A stretch of DNA of 63,987 nucleotides, the filler included, from Thraustochytrium aureum (taxonomy: Eukaryota), in NCBI GenBank assembly GCA_012862495.1. It is 7 parts of 5 records of this genome, joined end to end, with 100 filler letters (N's around TTAATTAATTAA, not from the genome) between each part and the next. Parts side by side here need not be neighbours in the genome. Positions count along the whole stretch, not along the records: positions 1 to 22,074 come from BLSG01000109.1; 6 more parts are not named here. One strand, written 5' to 3'. The position numbers were made by a program, and so were the translations under genes. Position 1 is the stretch's first letter; each line of letters begins with the position of its first letter. The notes under the pieces were generated by a model. The model saw only the letters and a program-made list of their open reading frames with translations. It had not been told where the DNA came from and ran no database searches. This document shows, piece by piece, positions 10,799 through 21,724 of the stretch.

Positions 10799-12418
10799 AT
10801 GAGTTGGGCGTCGGGGTTCAAGCTGCCGACGGCGCTGCCCTCGCTGGAGCAGCTCAAGAAGTCGGTCGACAGCAGCGTCAAAGCGGTGAACGCCAACCTT
10901 CAGGATGCGGCGAAGAACTTTGACTCGGGCGTGCGCGTGCTGAACGAGAGCGTGCGCGAGGCCGCATCGAGCGTCAAGGACGCAGCCGGTCAGGTGCACG
11001 CGCCGACGTCCAAGGAGCTGCTGAGCACTGTGCGCGGCGTGTTCGACCTGGACGCGCTGAGNNNNNNNNNNNNNNNNNNNNNNNNNNNNNNNNNNNNNNN
11101 NNNNNNNNNNNNNNNNNNNNNNNNNNNNNNNNNNNNNNNNNNNNNNNNNNNNNNNNNNNNNNNNNNNNNNNNNNNNNNNNNNNNNNNNNNNNNNNNNNNN
11201 NNNNNNNNNNNNNNNNNNNNNNNNNNNNNNNNNNNNNNNNNNNNNNNNNNNNNNNNNNNNNNNNNNNNNNNNNNNNNNNNNNNNNNNNNNNNNNNNNNNN
11301 NNNNNNNNNNNNNNNNNNNNNNNNNNNNNNNNNNNNNNNNNNNNNNNNNNNNNNNNNNNNNNNNNNNNNNNNNNNNNNNNNNNNNNNNNNNNNNNNNNNN
11401 NNNNNNNNNNNNNNNNNNNNNNNNNNNNNNNNNNNNNNNNNNNNNNNNNNNNNNNNNNNNNNNNNNNNNNNNNNNNNNNNNNNNNNNNNNNNNNNNNNNN
11501 NNNNNNNNNNNNNNNNNNNNNNNNNNNNNNNNNNNNNNNNNNNNNNNNNNNNNNNNNNNNNNNNNNNNNNNNNNNNNNNNNNNNNNNNNNNNNNNNNNNN
11601 NNNNNNNNNNNNNNNNNNNNNNNNNNNNNNNNNNNNNNNNNNNNNNNNNNNNNNNNNNNNNNNNNNNNNNNNNNNNNNNNNNNNNNNNNNNNNNNNNNNN
11701 NNNNNNNNNNNNNNNNNNNNNNNNNNNNNNNNNNNNNNNNNNNNNNNNNNNNNNNNNNNNNNNNNNNNNNNNNNNNNNNNNNNNNNNNNNNNNNNNNNNN
11801 NNNNNNNNNNNNNNNNNNNNNNNNNNNNNNNNNNNNNNNNNNNNNNNNNNNNNNNNNNNNNNNNNNNNNNNNNNNNNNNNNNNNNNNNNNNNNNNNNNNN
11901 NNNNNNNNNNNNNNNNNNNNNNNNNNNNNNNNNNNNNNNNNNNNNNNNNNNNNNNNNNNNNNNNNNNNNNNNNNNNNNNNNNNNNNNNNNNNNNNNNNNN
12001 NNNNCCTACTGACCACGTCCAAGGACCTCCGGCGTCGAGCGAAGACATGCTGGGGCCAGCGGTGCAGCAGCTCATCGAAAGCTCGAGCGATGCTGCGGAG
12101 AGTGCCGGGCTCGAGCAGGGCACTGGGTCTGGCTCGATTGGTGCAACACTGGCACCTGAGAGCGACGCAGACGCTGGAGCGGTGGCTGAGACAGTGCCGC
12201 CAGGGCTGGACGATCTGGACGAGCTCGAACGAGACTTGGACCTTGACCTTGACCTTGGTCTCGCTAGTGGCTCCGCGTCGCTGGACGGCCAAGCTGAGGA
12301 GAAGGGCACGTCCATGAAGAAAGAGCCAGGAAGCCTTGCTGGGGCTTCTCCCAGCCTGGGCGGGTCTGGCGACGACCCCGATCTCGCCGAGCTCGAAGAG
12401 TACCTTGCGGGGCTGTGA
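10799..12418 (+). CDS. Hypothetical protein interrupted by an N gap (helical N-terminus, acidic C-terminus)
   Basis: Coding-like frame with strong codon bias on both sides of the gap at 11062-12004. The central domain is not visible. Confidence 0.55.
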   Translation: MSWASGFKLPTALPSLEQLKKSVDSSVKAVNANLQDAAKNFDSGVRVLNESVREAASSVKDAAGQVHAPTSKELLSTVRGVFDLDALXXXXXXXXXXXXXXXXXXXXXXXXXXXXXXXXXXXXXXXXXXXXXXXXXXXXXXXXXXXXXXXXXXXXXXXXXXXXXXXXXXXXXXXXXXXXXXXXXXXXXXXXXXXXXXXXXXXXXXXXXXXXXXXXXXXXXXXXXXXXXXXXXXXXXXXXXXXXXXXXXXXXXXXXXXXXXXXXXXXXXXXXXXXXXXXXXXXXXXXXXXXXXXXXXXXXXXXXXXXXXXXXXXXXXXXXXXXXXXXXXXXXXXXXXXXXXXXXXXXXXXXXXXXXXXXXXXXXXXXXXXXXXXXXXXXXXXXXXXXXXXXXXXXXXXXXXXXPTDHVQGPPASSEDMLGPAVQQLIESSSDAAESAGLEQGTGSGSIGATLAPESDADAGAVAETVPPGLDDLDELERDLDLDLDLGLASGSASLDGQAEEKGTSMKKEPGSLAGASPSLGGSGDDPDLAELEEYLAGL

Positions 12419-12588
12419 GGTCGGGCGTCTGTGCCGCGCAATTGCGCTTTTCCCTCCTCGGCGGCTGCGAAGGCGGGTTGCTGCGAGCGCGCGGCAGGAG
12501 AAATGAAACAATTCAAAGTAGATTTACACATGGCATAGTCTCAATGGTGAAATTCCGACAACCAAGCGCCACTTTTGAGCCACGGCGC

Positions 12589-14580
12589 TCAGTAGTAGTT
12601 CTCCGGCAGCTGGCCCCTGAACTGCTGGTTGCCAAACTGCTGGTTTTGCTGCTGACCGGGGTACCCATGTCCCGGGTAACTTTGCTGCTTTGCGTAGGGG
12701 TCGATTTGGCCACGACCAGCGCCTTGGTGCGCGTTCCGCTGGGACTTTACGTACAGGAAGGCAGCGCCGACAACGAGGAGCGCGCCCGCCGAAGCCAGGC
12801 CAATGACAAGGCCCGATGGCCCGCTTTCGGCGGCGCCTGAGGCCTCGCGGTCAAGAAGGACGGGTGACGCCATGTCGATTGTAAAGGTTGAGGCGAGTTG
12901 AGCGCTGCAGGCGTCGCAGGTCTTCGGGCAGGCCTCTGCAACCTCGGCGCGGTCACAAAATCCCGCAAGCGCGCTGCACTCAAGCGCTTGTCCTGGAGCG
13001 TCACTGAGGCCAAAGCCGGACGGCACAGAGTCGGCGCAAGTTTTCTCCTCAAAGCAGATCCCACAGGTCTGTTGGCAGCGGGCGCTCACCGCTGCGTTCG
13101 TCCCGCACAGGCCGGCGAGCTCTGTGCAGCTGAGGTCTGTGCCAGCTAGGGACTGGAGGCCGCCGTTGTTGCTGCAGGGCTGCACGCGGGCCATTATGAG
13201 GCCGTACTCTGAGCTTGAGAGGGCGAGATTGCCAGAGGGAAAGTAGGTGTACGTGGACCAGATGCCGTCAAACGTTGCTACTGCGCGAGCCTCCGGGAAC
13301 GTGTCGAAGAAGGCGACCTCCTTCATGGTTTGGCCAGCGTAGATTCCGTCGATGGCGGCTACGCGAAGCCCAGACGCGTAGTTGGACAGGTAGGCCATGT
13401 TGCCCTTGATGTACAGGTTGTGCGCGATAGCGATCTCGGGCGACGCGTATGAGCGTAGATAGGTTGGTTGGTCGAGCTTTTCGACGTCCCAGATGTACGT
13501 CGCCGTTTGAACGGCCTTGTCCTTGTTGGTGAGCTCGTCGTTCATGAGCAGGAAGCGCGAGTCCTCCGTGAGCCAGCCCTGGTGGGTGTAGGCGGCACCA
13601 GGGTACGTGACTCGCGCGATGGTCTTGATACTGGTAATCTCGTTCGTGCCGCCCGTGACAACCGACTTGTCGGAGACGTCAAGGATGGTGAGCGTGTCCT
13701 CGTTGTAGCAAAAGCAAATCTCCTTCCCGGTGAAGCGCGTGTCCGGGCCGCTGTACACGACGCACTGCAAGTCGTGCACGTAGCCGTCGGCGCCAAAGCA
13801 GCCCACGAACTTGGGAGCGAGCGGGTCGGCCAAGTCCATGATGTGCAGGCCTTCGTTGCAGGTGCTACCGCCCCCGACGTACGCAAACCCAGTTTCCTGA
13901 GTAATGAAGATGTTGTGGCCGCGCAAGAACTCGGTGTATACCAAGTCCGCAAGGACCACCTTTGGCGGCCCCGCCGTCGGCTCGCCACGGACGCGGGTCA
14001 GGTCGAACACCTGCATGCCGTGATTGAGCTTGTCTACAACAAAGTAGGCCACGTTCTTGTACGTCTTGACGTCACGCCAGTACGAGTCCGCGGTTGGGGG
14101 GACAAGCGAGTTGATGCGAAACACCACGCGCGGGTTGGCTGCGTCCGTGACGTCCACAATTGCTCCTCCGTCCATGAACGTGGTCAGGGCGTATTCCCGG
14201 TTCGTCTGGGGGTCGACCCAGCCCCAAATGTCGCTGGCTAGCAGCGTGGGCGTCCCCTGCTCTGCGTTGCTCAGGATCGACAGCAAATCGATGCCTTTGC
14301 ACGGGAAAAACCCGCCCGCGAGACCATCAACGCATGGAGCGCCAGATGTGGGAGGCGGTCGCAGCGCCCTCCCAAAGCTGTCTACGCCCCGCTGCCTGGC
14401 TTCGATTTTCTCGCCAAAGTACGCCGCTTTCGAAGCCATAGCTGCCATCATCACCGGGTTTGGCGTCACCGTCTGGCACCCCTCCTCGCAGTGCACCGTC
14501 GTCCCTGTGGCCATCCCGGCGGCCAACGCGCTCGCGGCGCACAGCGCCGCTGCAACGACCCTTCGCTTCGCGTTGGCCAT
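12589..14580 (-). CDS. Choice-of-anchor B family / LVIVD-repeat protein, copy 1 (signal peptide, 2 ShK-like Cys domains, TM, Tyr/Gln-rich tail)
   Basis: Motifs SDIWGWVDP, WRDVKTY, HGMQVFDLT, HNI, GYVHDLQCV, EICFCYNED, YTHQGW, HNLY, SNYASGLR, FFDTFP and WSTYTYFPSG are typical of TIGR04312-like proteins. ATG at 14580. Confidence 0.85.
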   Translation of the reverse strand: MANAKRRVVAAALCAASALAAGMATGTTVHCEEGCQTVTPNPVMMAAMASKAAYFGEKIEARQRGVDSFGRALRPPPTSGAPCVDGLAGGFFPCKGIDLLSILSNAEQGTPTLLASDIWGWVDPQTNREYALTTFMDGGAIVDVTDAANPRVVFRINSLVPPTADSYWRDVKTYKNVAYFVVDKLNHGMQVFDLTRVRGEPTAGPPKVVLADLVYTEFLRGHNIFITQETGFAYVGGGSTCNEGLHIMDLADPLAPKFVGCFGADGYVHDLQCVVYSGPDTRFTGKEICFCYNEDTLTILDVSDKSVVTGGTNEITSIKTIARVTYPGAAYTHQGWLTEDSRFLLMNDELTNKDKAVQTATYIWDVEKLDQPTYLRSYASPEIAIAHNLYIKGNMAYLSNYASGLRVAAIDGIYAGQTMKEVAFFDTFPEARAVATFDGIWSTYTYFPSGNLALSSSEYGLIMARVQPCSNNGGLQSLAGTDLSCTELAGLCGTNAAVSARCQQTCGICFEEKTCADSVPSGFGLSDAPGQALECSALAGFCDRAEVAEACPKTCDACSAQLASTFTIDMASPVLLDREASGAAESGPSGLVIGLASAGALLVVGAAFLYVKSQRNAHQGAGRGQIDPYAKQQSYPGHGYPGQQQNQQFGNQQFRGQLPENYY

Positions 14581-15709
14581 TCCCGCGGCGCGGCTCGAGT
14601 GTGCAAGCCCGAGCAGGCGACCTTCCACGCCCGCCCGATCGGCGTCAGGCAGACGACAGCCCGCCGGCCAGCCCGCTAGCTCCCCACGCACGTCCCGGCG
14701 CACCAGCAGCTGCACGTTCNNNNNNNNNNNNNNNNNNNNNNNNNNNNNNNNNNNNNNNNNNNNNNNNNNNNNNNNNNNNNNNNNNNNNNNNNNNNNNNNN
14801 NNNNNNNCTGCCTGCCTGCCTGCCTGCCTGGACGCGCTGTGACACTGTGCTGCGCTGTTTTGGTCGCGCGCACTTTGCACTTTCGGGGCCATTTCGGGCA
14901 GTGAATTCTGGCATTGTCAAGAGTCGACTTGGTTGGAGTTGCGCGACGGACGGGCGGGCCGCGACGCCAACTGGCCCGGCCCAGGCTGCCGTGAACCCGA
15001 TCAGATGATTCGTCGAGTCCTTGGAGCTTGTTCGTGTTCAGATAGGCCTACACGCACGCGTCGCGTCGGCTCGCTCGCGCCCCACCGGCTGGTGTTTGGA
15101 TTGGTCGCTTTTTTTGTGCTGCTTAGCTGTGGGCTGTGGGCGTGTGCCACGCGGAGCTTTTGACGCACACGACCATGTTGGCATCCCGCCCGAGCTCACC
15201 GGCGACCATGCACCAAGTCTGTGGTTGACGGCGAGCGGCTGGTGGTGGTTTGGAACGGTCAAGAAGGAAAGAAGTGCGACCTCGGGCTGCAGGTGCGTCG
15301 AGAACTGTGGATCGCTGCAAGCGCTGGCCCAACCGGTATCTTCGCGTTGCTTGCCAGTGCTTGCGCCGAGCTCTATCACTGTGAGCGCCGAGCTGGAGGC
15401 GACGGGTGTCGAGTGCCCTGGGGTTTGGCGAGCAAAATATGGCCGCAAGCCTCGAACGCGAGGTAGGAGCGACGACTCGTCATTAGGCGCACAAGCAGCG
15501 GGGTCCTCCACAACGACGACGGAACTCGGAGGATCCACCAAGCGACCATGATCTGCGACGCAACGAGACCCGCAGGATCCAGTCCGGCGCGTCCAATGCA
15601 GGAAAAAGTCTGGAAAAGATGGAAACGAAACAGAAATTTGGTGAACGGAATGGAATTGAACTCACTGGCAAACAGAGTTGGCCGCATCAGCGGGGCCTTG
15701 CTCACAGGA

Positions 15710-17416
15710 TTAGGCGTCATACTGTGGGTTGACGGCGACCTCGCTCTTCTTCTCGTCCTCTTCCGAGGAAGAGCCGGGCGAGTCGCGAAACGAGAACACA
15801 ATCCCGCCGACAACAAGAGCCGCGAGCAGGCCTGCGACAGTTCCGACAATCGCCGGCGAGCTGACGCCCCCGTCTTCCGTCGTCGCGGCACTGTCAGTAG
15901 TAGGATCAGTGTAGCTGCAGGCGTTGCACGAGTACTTGCACTTGCGGAGGACTTGGGTATCAGCGCACTGCTCGAGGAGGAGCGCGCATTCGTCCGTGTC
16001 GTCGTCCTCGCACGCCGTGTTGTGCTTGGCCATGATGAGGCCATACTCCATGCTGGCAAGTGCAAGGTTGCCGCTCGGAAAATAGATGTATGACGACCAG
16101 ATCCCGTCAAAGGTCCCGGTGGTCCGCTCGGCAGGGAAAGTGTCGAAGTAGGCTACTTCTTCGAGCGTGCCGTTCTCGGCGTCCTCGTAGAGCCCGTTGA
16201 TTTTCGTGATGCGCAGGCCCGAGGCGTAGTTGGACATGTACGCGAGGTTGCCCTTGATGTACAGGTTGTGGTCGATGGCGATCTCGGGCGAAAAGTAGCT
16301 GCGCAGGTACTCGGGCTCGTCCAGTTTCTCGATGTTCCACAGGAAGGTCTCGGTCTTCGCTTCGATGTCGATCTCGTCGCCTTCGTCGTCAAGAAGGAGA
16401 AAGCGAGAGTCGGCCGTGATCCACCCCTGGTGCGAGTATTGGACACCCGGGTAGGTGACGCGGGCCAGGATGTCGACGCTTTCGATTTCCTTGGTGGTCG
16501 CGTTCACAATCGACTTGTCGGTGACGTCGATGATGGTCAGCGTGTCCTCGTTGTAGCAAAAGCAAATCTCCTTGCCGGTGAACCGCGCGTCCGGCCCGTC
16601 ATAAACGACGCACTGGATGTCGTGCACGTAGCCGTCCGCGCCGAAGCAGCCCACAAACTCCGGGTTGAGCGGGTCCTTCTTCAGGTCCATGATGTGAAGC
16701 CCCCCACGGCACGTGTCCCCGCCGACAGCGTACCCAAACCCGGTTGTCTCGTCCACGAAGATGTTGTGCGCCTGAAGAAATTGCGTGTAAACGAGGTCGG
16801 CCTTGACGATCTGAAATTCACTCGAGTCAGGCACGGAGCGAACGCGCGTAAGGTCGAAGACTTGCATGCCATGATCGAGGGCATCAACTACAGTGTACGC
16901 GACATTCTTGTAGGTTTTGACGTCGCGCCAGTACGAGAACCGGCTGACAGGCACCTCGGAATCCAGCCGAAAGAGCATGCGCGGGTTGGCAGCGTCCGTG
17001 ACATCGACGATGGCCGAACCGTCCATAAAGGTCGTCAAGGCGTACTCGCGCTTGGTCTCGGGGTCGACCCAGCCCCAGATGTCGCTTCCAAACTCTGCCG
17101 AGCTGTTCTGCTGGACGTTGGACAAGATCGAGAGCATGTCCACGTCTTTGCAGGGGAAAAAGTCGCCGGAGAGCCCATTGACGCAGGGGGCGCCCGACGT
17201 GGGCGGGGGGCGGAGTGGGCGCCCCACGGTGTCGATGCCTTGCTCCATGGCCTCGATCTTTGCCTGGAAGTACTCGATCTTGGCTTTCATCTTGGCTGCC
17301 ATCTTGGGCGACATGCCTGGGGTCCTGCACTCGCCGTCGCAGACTTCGGCCATGCCGGTCCAGGCGGACGCGGCGCAGCATGCCGCGAGGAGCGCGGCCG
17401 CGCCAAATCGAACCAT
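15710..17416 (-). CDS. Choice-of-anchor B family / LVIVD-repeat protein, copy 2 (signal peptide, 1 ShK-like domain, TM, NPQY tail)
   Basis: Same motif set as copy 1 and a clear paralog. ATG at 17416 (MVRFGAAALL). Confidence 0.85.
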   Translation of the reverse strand: MVRFGAAALLAACCAASAWTGMAEVCDGECRTPGMSPKMAAKMKAKIEYFQAKIEAMEQGIDTVGRPLRPPPTSGAPCVNGLSGDFFPCKDVDMLSILSNVQQNSSAEFGSDIWGWVDPETKREYALTTFMDGSAIVDVTDAANPRMLFRLDSEVPVSRFSYWRDVKTYKNVAYTVVDALDHGMQVFDLTRVRSVPDSSEFQIVKADLVYTQFLQAHNIFVDETTGFGYAVGGDTCRGGLHIMDLKKDPLNPEFVGCFGADGYVHDIQCVVYDGPDARFTGKEICFCYNEDTLTIIDVTDKSIVNATTKEIESVDILARVTYPGVQYSHQGWITADSRFLLLDDEGDEIDIEAKTETFLWNIEKLDEPEYLRSYFSPEIAIDHNLYIKGNLAYMSNYASGLRITKINGLYEDAENGTLEEVAYFDTFPAERTTGTFDGIWSSYIYFPSGNLALASMEYGLIMAKHNTACEDDDTDECALLLEQCADTQVLRKCKYSCNACSYTDPTTDSAATTEDGGVSSPAIVGTVAGLLAALVVGGIVFSFRDSPGSSSEEDEKKSEVAVNPQYDA

Positions 17417-20245
17417 GGCTTGTCCTTTGCGGTGTTGGGTTCTCGTTCCTTGCTCAGCGCGGTGTTTGTTGTTGNNNNNNNNNNNNNNNNNNNNNNNNNN
17501 NNNNNNNNNNNNNNNNNNNNNNNNNNNNNNNNNNNNNNNNNNNNNNNNNNNNNNNNNNNNNNNNNNNNNNNNNNNNNNNNTTGTTGTTGTGTTTGGTTTT
17601 GGTTTTGGTTGGCCAGTTTGGGGTTTGGCAGGCGCAGCGGGATTGCTCTGCAACGTCTACAGAGCGGCAGATACAGAGCGAGCGGAGCGGAGCCTGCTCG
17701 GTCGACCCAAGTGGCTGCAATGTTGCGCGAGAAAGAGGGATCCTCCTTCCACTCCGAACTCTTGTGTCATTCTGCTCGAAGACGAAGATTGCTCGCAAGC
17801 CAAGTGCACCGCCGTCTCATGGCGCAGGCAGACGCGACGCGTTCTAGTTTTCTTTTTTTGTGTTCGCGGCGGCTGCGAGCACAAAGACGGGCCCGCCATG
17901 GCCATGGAGACTGTTGATGATAATGACAAGGTACCTGTTCGAGCAGGCTGGGACTCGTCGCTGTTGCACACAGCGGGTGGCACGTCGTCAGCGCTCTCAT
18001 CAAAGCAATCAGCCGCAAACCGAGAAACTGCGGTTGCGATCGTGCGCAGCGACCGCCTTGGAGTTGAAAAGCGAGCCAACCGCACTCCAGACACTTGCCA
18101 CCGTCATCAGCAGATAATTCGCACGGCCGAGCGCAGTTGCGCAGACCTCGCTAGCGGCGCTGACCGTACTTGCTTCAACTCGAGAGCCACGCTCGCAGCG
18201 TCCTTGAGACCTTTTTCTCCGGCTTGCGCCAGCCACTTGGCCGGCGTTCCAGAACTTACAACTTGCAACAGCCCGCTCGCGCGCTGTTGGTCAGCCACTG
18301 GCAATCCTCCCACGCCCGGCCAGGAAAGGAGGAGATGACGAGCATGATGGCTGGCGCGAGTCGACTCGGAACTCCCTCTTCCGCGGCAGAGGCGGAGCCT
18401 TCTGCGCCGGGAGGCCATCCACGGGAGCGACCAACAGCGCCCCTGCTAGTGAGCACAGATTGCATTGACACAGAAAGCCGCGCGGCCGAAGGCTGGTGTG
18501 TGGCTGCAAAACTCGCAGCGGTACCTACGAGTACCTAACCTGGCAGCAGCCGGGAATCACAAATTTGTGCCCGGACCCGGGCTGTTGGGCTCAGCTTCGG
18601 GGGTGCGAGCGCATGCACGACGGCACGCAGCTCTACCGTAGCGCTGGAGCTCCTCCCCAGCGCAGCAGTTTTGACGAAACGAATTTTGTGCCTGCCTGCT
18701 TACCTACTTACCTACTTGCCGCCGCTGTACGAGGCGACCGCCCTCAGGCTGTGCGACTCACGTGTCATCGAGAGAACGAAGCCCGTCCATCGGCCGGGCA
18801 TCCTGCGTGGGCCAGGCGGTCGTTTTGGCGTTTGGCGTCGCCGAGAGCGTCGCCGAACGCCGAACACCAACTCGAAGTCGCACTCTCATGACACGAGAAG
18901 CCAAACTATCAAAAGCCTTGAGGCGGGTCCGGATCGGAACTGCTCATCTTTGGCCAAGCTCTTCTGGAGAACACAAAGGGGCAAAGATGACGAGCAGCGA
19001 GCGCGCAACCGCGCGTGCTCGGAAGTCTGTTCGGACTCTAACGAAGGCCCGTCGGGAAGGTACTTGAGTTATTCCCAAACTCCAGGGCCTTCGAGTTGGT
19101 TGTACGAGTTTTCCAGGTTCCTAGGTACTCGCTTGGACGAGTTTTCCTGTTGGACGTGGACGACGACAAGCGGACTTGCGCCAAAGCATCAGTGAAAACA
19201 ATGGACGAGCGAAACGAACACAATTCTTAGGCGCAATTCTTGGCTTAGGCTTCGNNNNNNNNNNNNNNNNNNNNNNNNNNNNNNNNNNNNNNNNNNNNNN
19301 NNNNNNNNNNNNNNNNNNNNNNNNNNNNNNNNNNNNNNNNNNNNNNNNNNNNNNNNNNNNNNNNNNNNNNNNNNNNNNNNNNNNNNNNNNNNNNNNNNNN
19401 NNNNNNNNNNNNNNNNNNNNNNNNNNNNNNNNNNNNNNNNNNNNNNNNNNNNNNNNNNNNNNNNNNNNNNNNNNNNNNNNNNNNNNNNNNNNNNNNNNNN
19501 NNNNNNNNNNNNNNNNNNNNNNNNNNNNNNNNNNNNNNNNNNNNNNNNNNNNNNNNNNNNNNNNNNNNNNNNNNNNNNNNNNNNNNNNNNNNNNNNNNNN
19601 NNNNNNNNNNNNNNNNNNNNNNNNNNNNNNNNNNNNNNNNNNNNNNNNNNNNNNNNNNNNNNNNNNNNNNNNNNNNNNNNNNNNNNNNNNNNNNNNNNNN
19701 NNNNNNNNNNNNNNNNNNNNNNNNNNNNNNNNNNNNNNNNNNNNNNNNNNNNNNNNNNNNNNNNNNNNNNNNNNNNNNNNNNNNNNNNNNNNNNNNNNNN
19801 NNNNNNNNNNNNNNNNNNNNNNNNNNNNNNNNNNNNNNNNNNNNNNNNNNNNNNNNNNNNNNNNNNNNNNNNNNNNNNNNNNNNNNNNNNNNNNNNNNNN
19901 NNNNNNNNNNNNNNNNNNNNNNNNNNNNNNNNNNNNNNNNNNNNNNNNNNNNNNNNNNNNNNNNNNNNNNNNNNNNNNNNNNNNNNNNNNNNNNNNNNNN
20001 NNNNNNNNNNNNNNNNNNNNNNNNNNNNNNNNNNNNNNNNNNNNNNNNNNNNNNNNNNNNNNNNNNNNNNNNNNNNNNNNNNNNNNNNNNNNNNNNNNNN
20101 NNNNNNNNNNNNNNNNNNNNNNNNNNNNNNNNNNNNNNNNNNNNNNNNNNNNNNNNNNNNNNNNNNNNNNNNNNNNNNNNNNNNNNNNNNNNNNNNNNNN
20201 NNNNNNNNNNNNNNNNNNNNNNNNNNNNNNNNNNNNNNNNNNNNN

Positions 20246-20502
20246 GAAACCGCCGGAGATCCCATTGACGCAGGGGGCGCCCGACGTGGGCGGGGGGCGG
20301 AGTGGGCGCCCCACGGTGTCGATGCCTTGCTCCATGGCCTCGATCTTTGCCTGGAAGTACTCGATCTTGGCTTTCATCTTGGCTGCCATCTTGGGCGACA
20401 TGCCTGGGGTCCTGCACTCGGCGTCGCAGATTCGGCCATGCCGGTCCAGGCGGACGCGGCGCAGCATGCCGCGAGGAGCGCGGCCGCGCCAAATCGAACC
20501 AT
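20246..20502 (-). CDS. Choice-of-anchor B family protein, copy 3, 5' fragment (remainder in gap; 1-nt deletion near 20430)
   Basis: Near-identical at nucleotide level to 17160-17416, with a few substitutions. Same ATG context. Confidence 0.7.
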
Positions 20503-21724
20503 GGCTGTTCACTGGGGCTCTGGGATAACTGGCTTGTTCGATGCGGTCGGTGCTCCTCAGCTTTGTGTTTGTTTGGCCGGTTTGGGGTTTGGCAAGCGAA
20601 GACTGCTCGCCGTGCTAGCGGGCTTGCATGCATGCATGCATGCATGCAGTGCGTTGCAAGCAAGGAGGGCGTTGAAAGCAAGGGGGGCGTCTCGAGTACC
20701 TACTCTTTGCTCTGGCGCAAGCGGGAGAGGAATCGATGTGGGGCGGCGGCCGATGCCGTCCGTGGAAGCTATTGCAACCCCACTCGCCCCCTTGGGCATG
20801 GCTCGTGGCGAATGAACTGTGTTGTTTGCGCAGCGGCAGCACGCAAAAGACACTCGCTGTTGCCAGCCTGAGCTGGACGGTGGCCTCTCATGAACTTGCG
20901 TCGTGAGCTCTGCAGAGGCCGAGGGACTGGCGAAGCCGAAATACTTTTTGGCAGCGCGCGTGTCCAAGAATTCCTACTAGCCCGGCTGATGCAGGGGGTT
21001 GCGAGCAGCCACCGCCCTTTGCAAGGGGGCCTCCCCGTCTCTTTTGGCAAAATCACACTTTTGTGCGTTGCCCAGGTAGCTAGCTGGCAGGAGCGTCTCC
21101 TCGCCGCAACTCAGCGCTAGGGCTGGCGAGGTCGCGCAAGGGCGAGCGTTGCCTTGTCGGCGGAGGCGAGTCGCACCGCAGCAGCGCCGGCGGTCGGTCT
21201 ACCAGCTACCAGCAGAGTAAGGTACCTTTGAGTACCTGCTTCGCCCGGCATCTGCAAAGGAGCGTACAGTACCTTGGCCCAATGCGCATCCGGCCCCATA
21301 CGTCCGAGATCCTCCCCACTCGCGCTCGCAAACGAGCATCCTTGTGCGACCGATCCTCCGTGGCAGCTCGCAGCTCGCAAAATCGAACGGTCAACCAACC
21401 AGCTGCGCGTTGGCACAGCTTGCCGGCTGCTCGCGGAGGCACAAATCGCGAGCCCGAGAACGAACGACATGGTAGGTACTGGCGAGGCTGAGACCTCTCA
21501 TCACGCAGGCAGGCTTCCTGCTCGCGCTTCGGCCGTCGCATCCACCGCGGTCCGTTTACTCCTCCAGCTCGGACCGCCCTTGCTCGGAGGCCTGCTCGCC
21601 GTCACGGGGCTCTGGTCCCCCGAGTTGGCCAAGCCGGCTGGCACAAAATCTTGCTCGACGCGGTTTCGCCCGCGAGTGAAGTAGGTATCACCATGATACC
21701 GGTTCTTGCAGCGCGCAGAACCTC

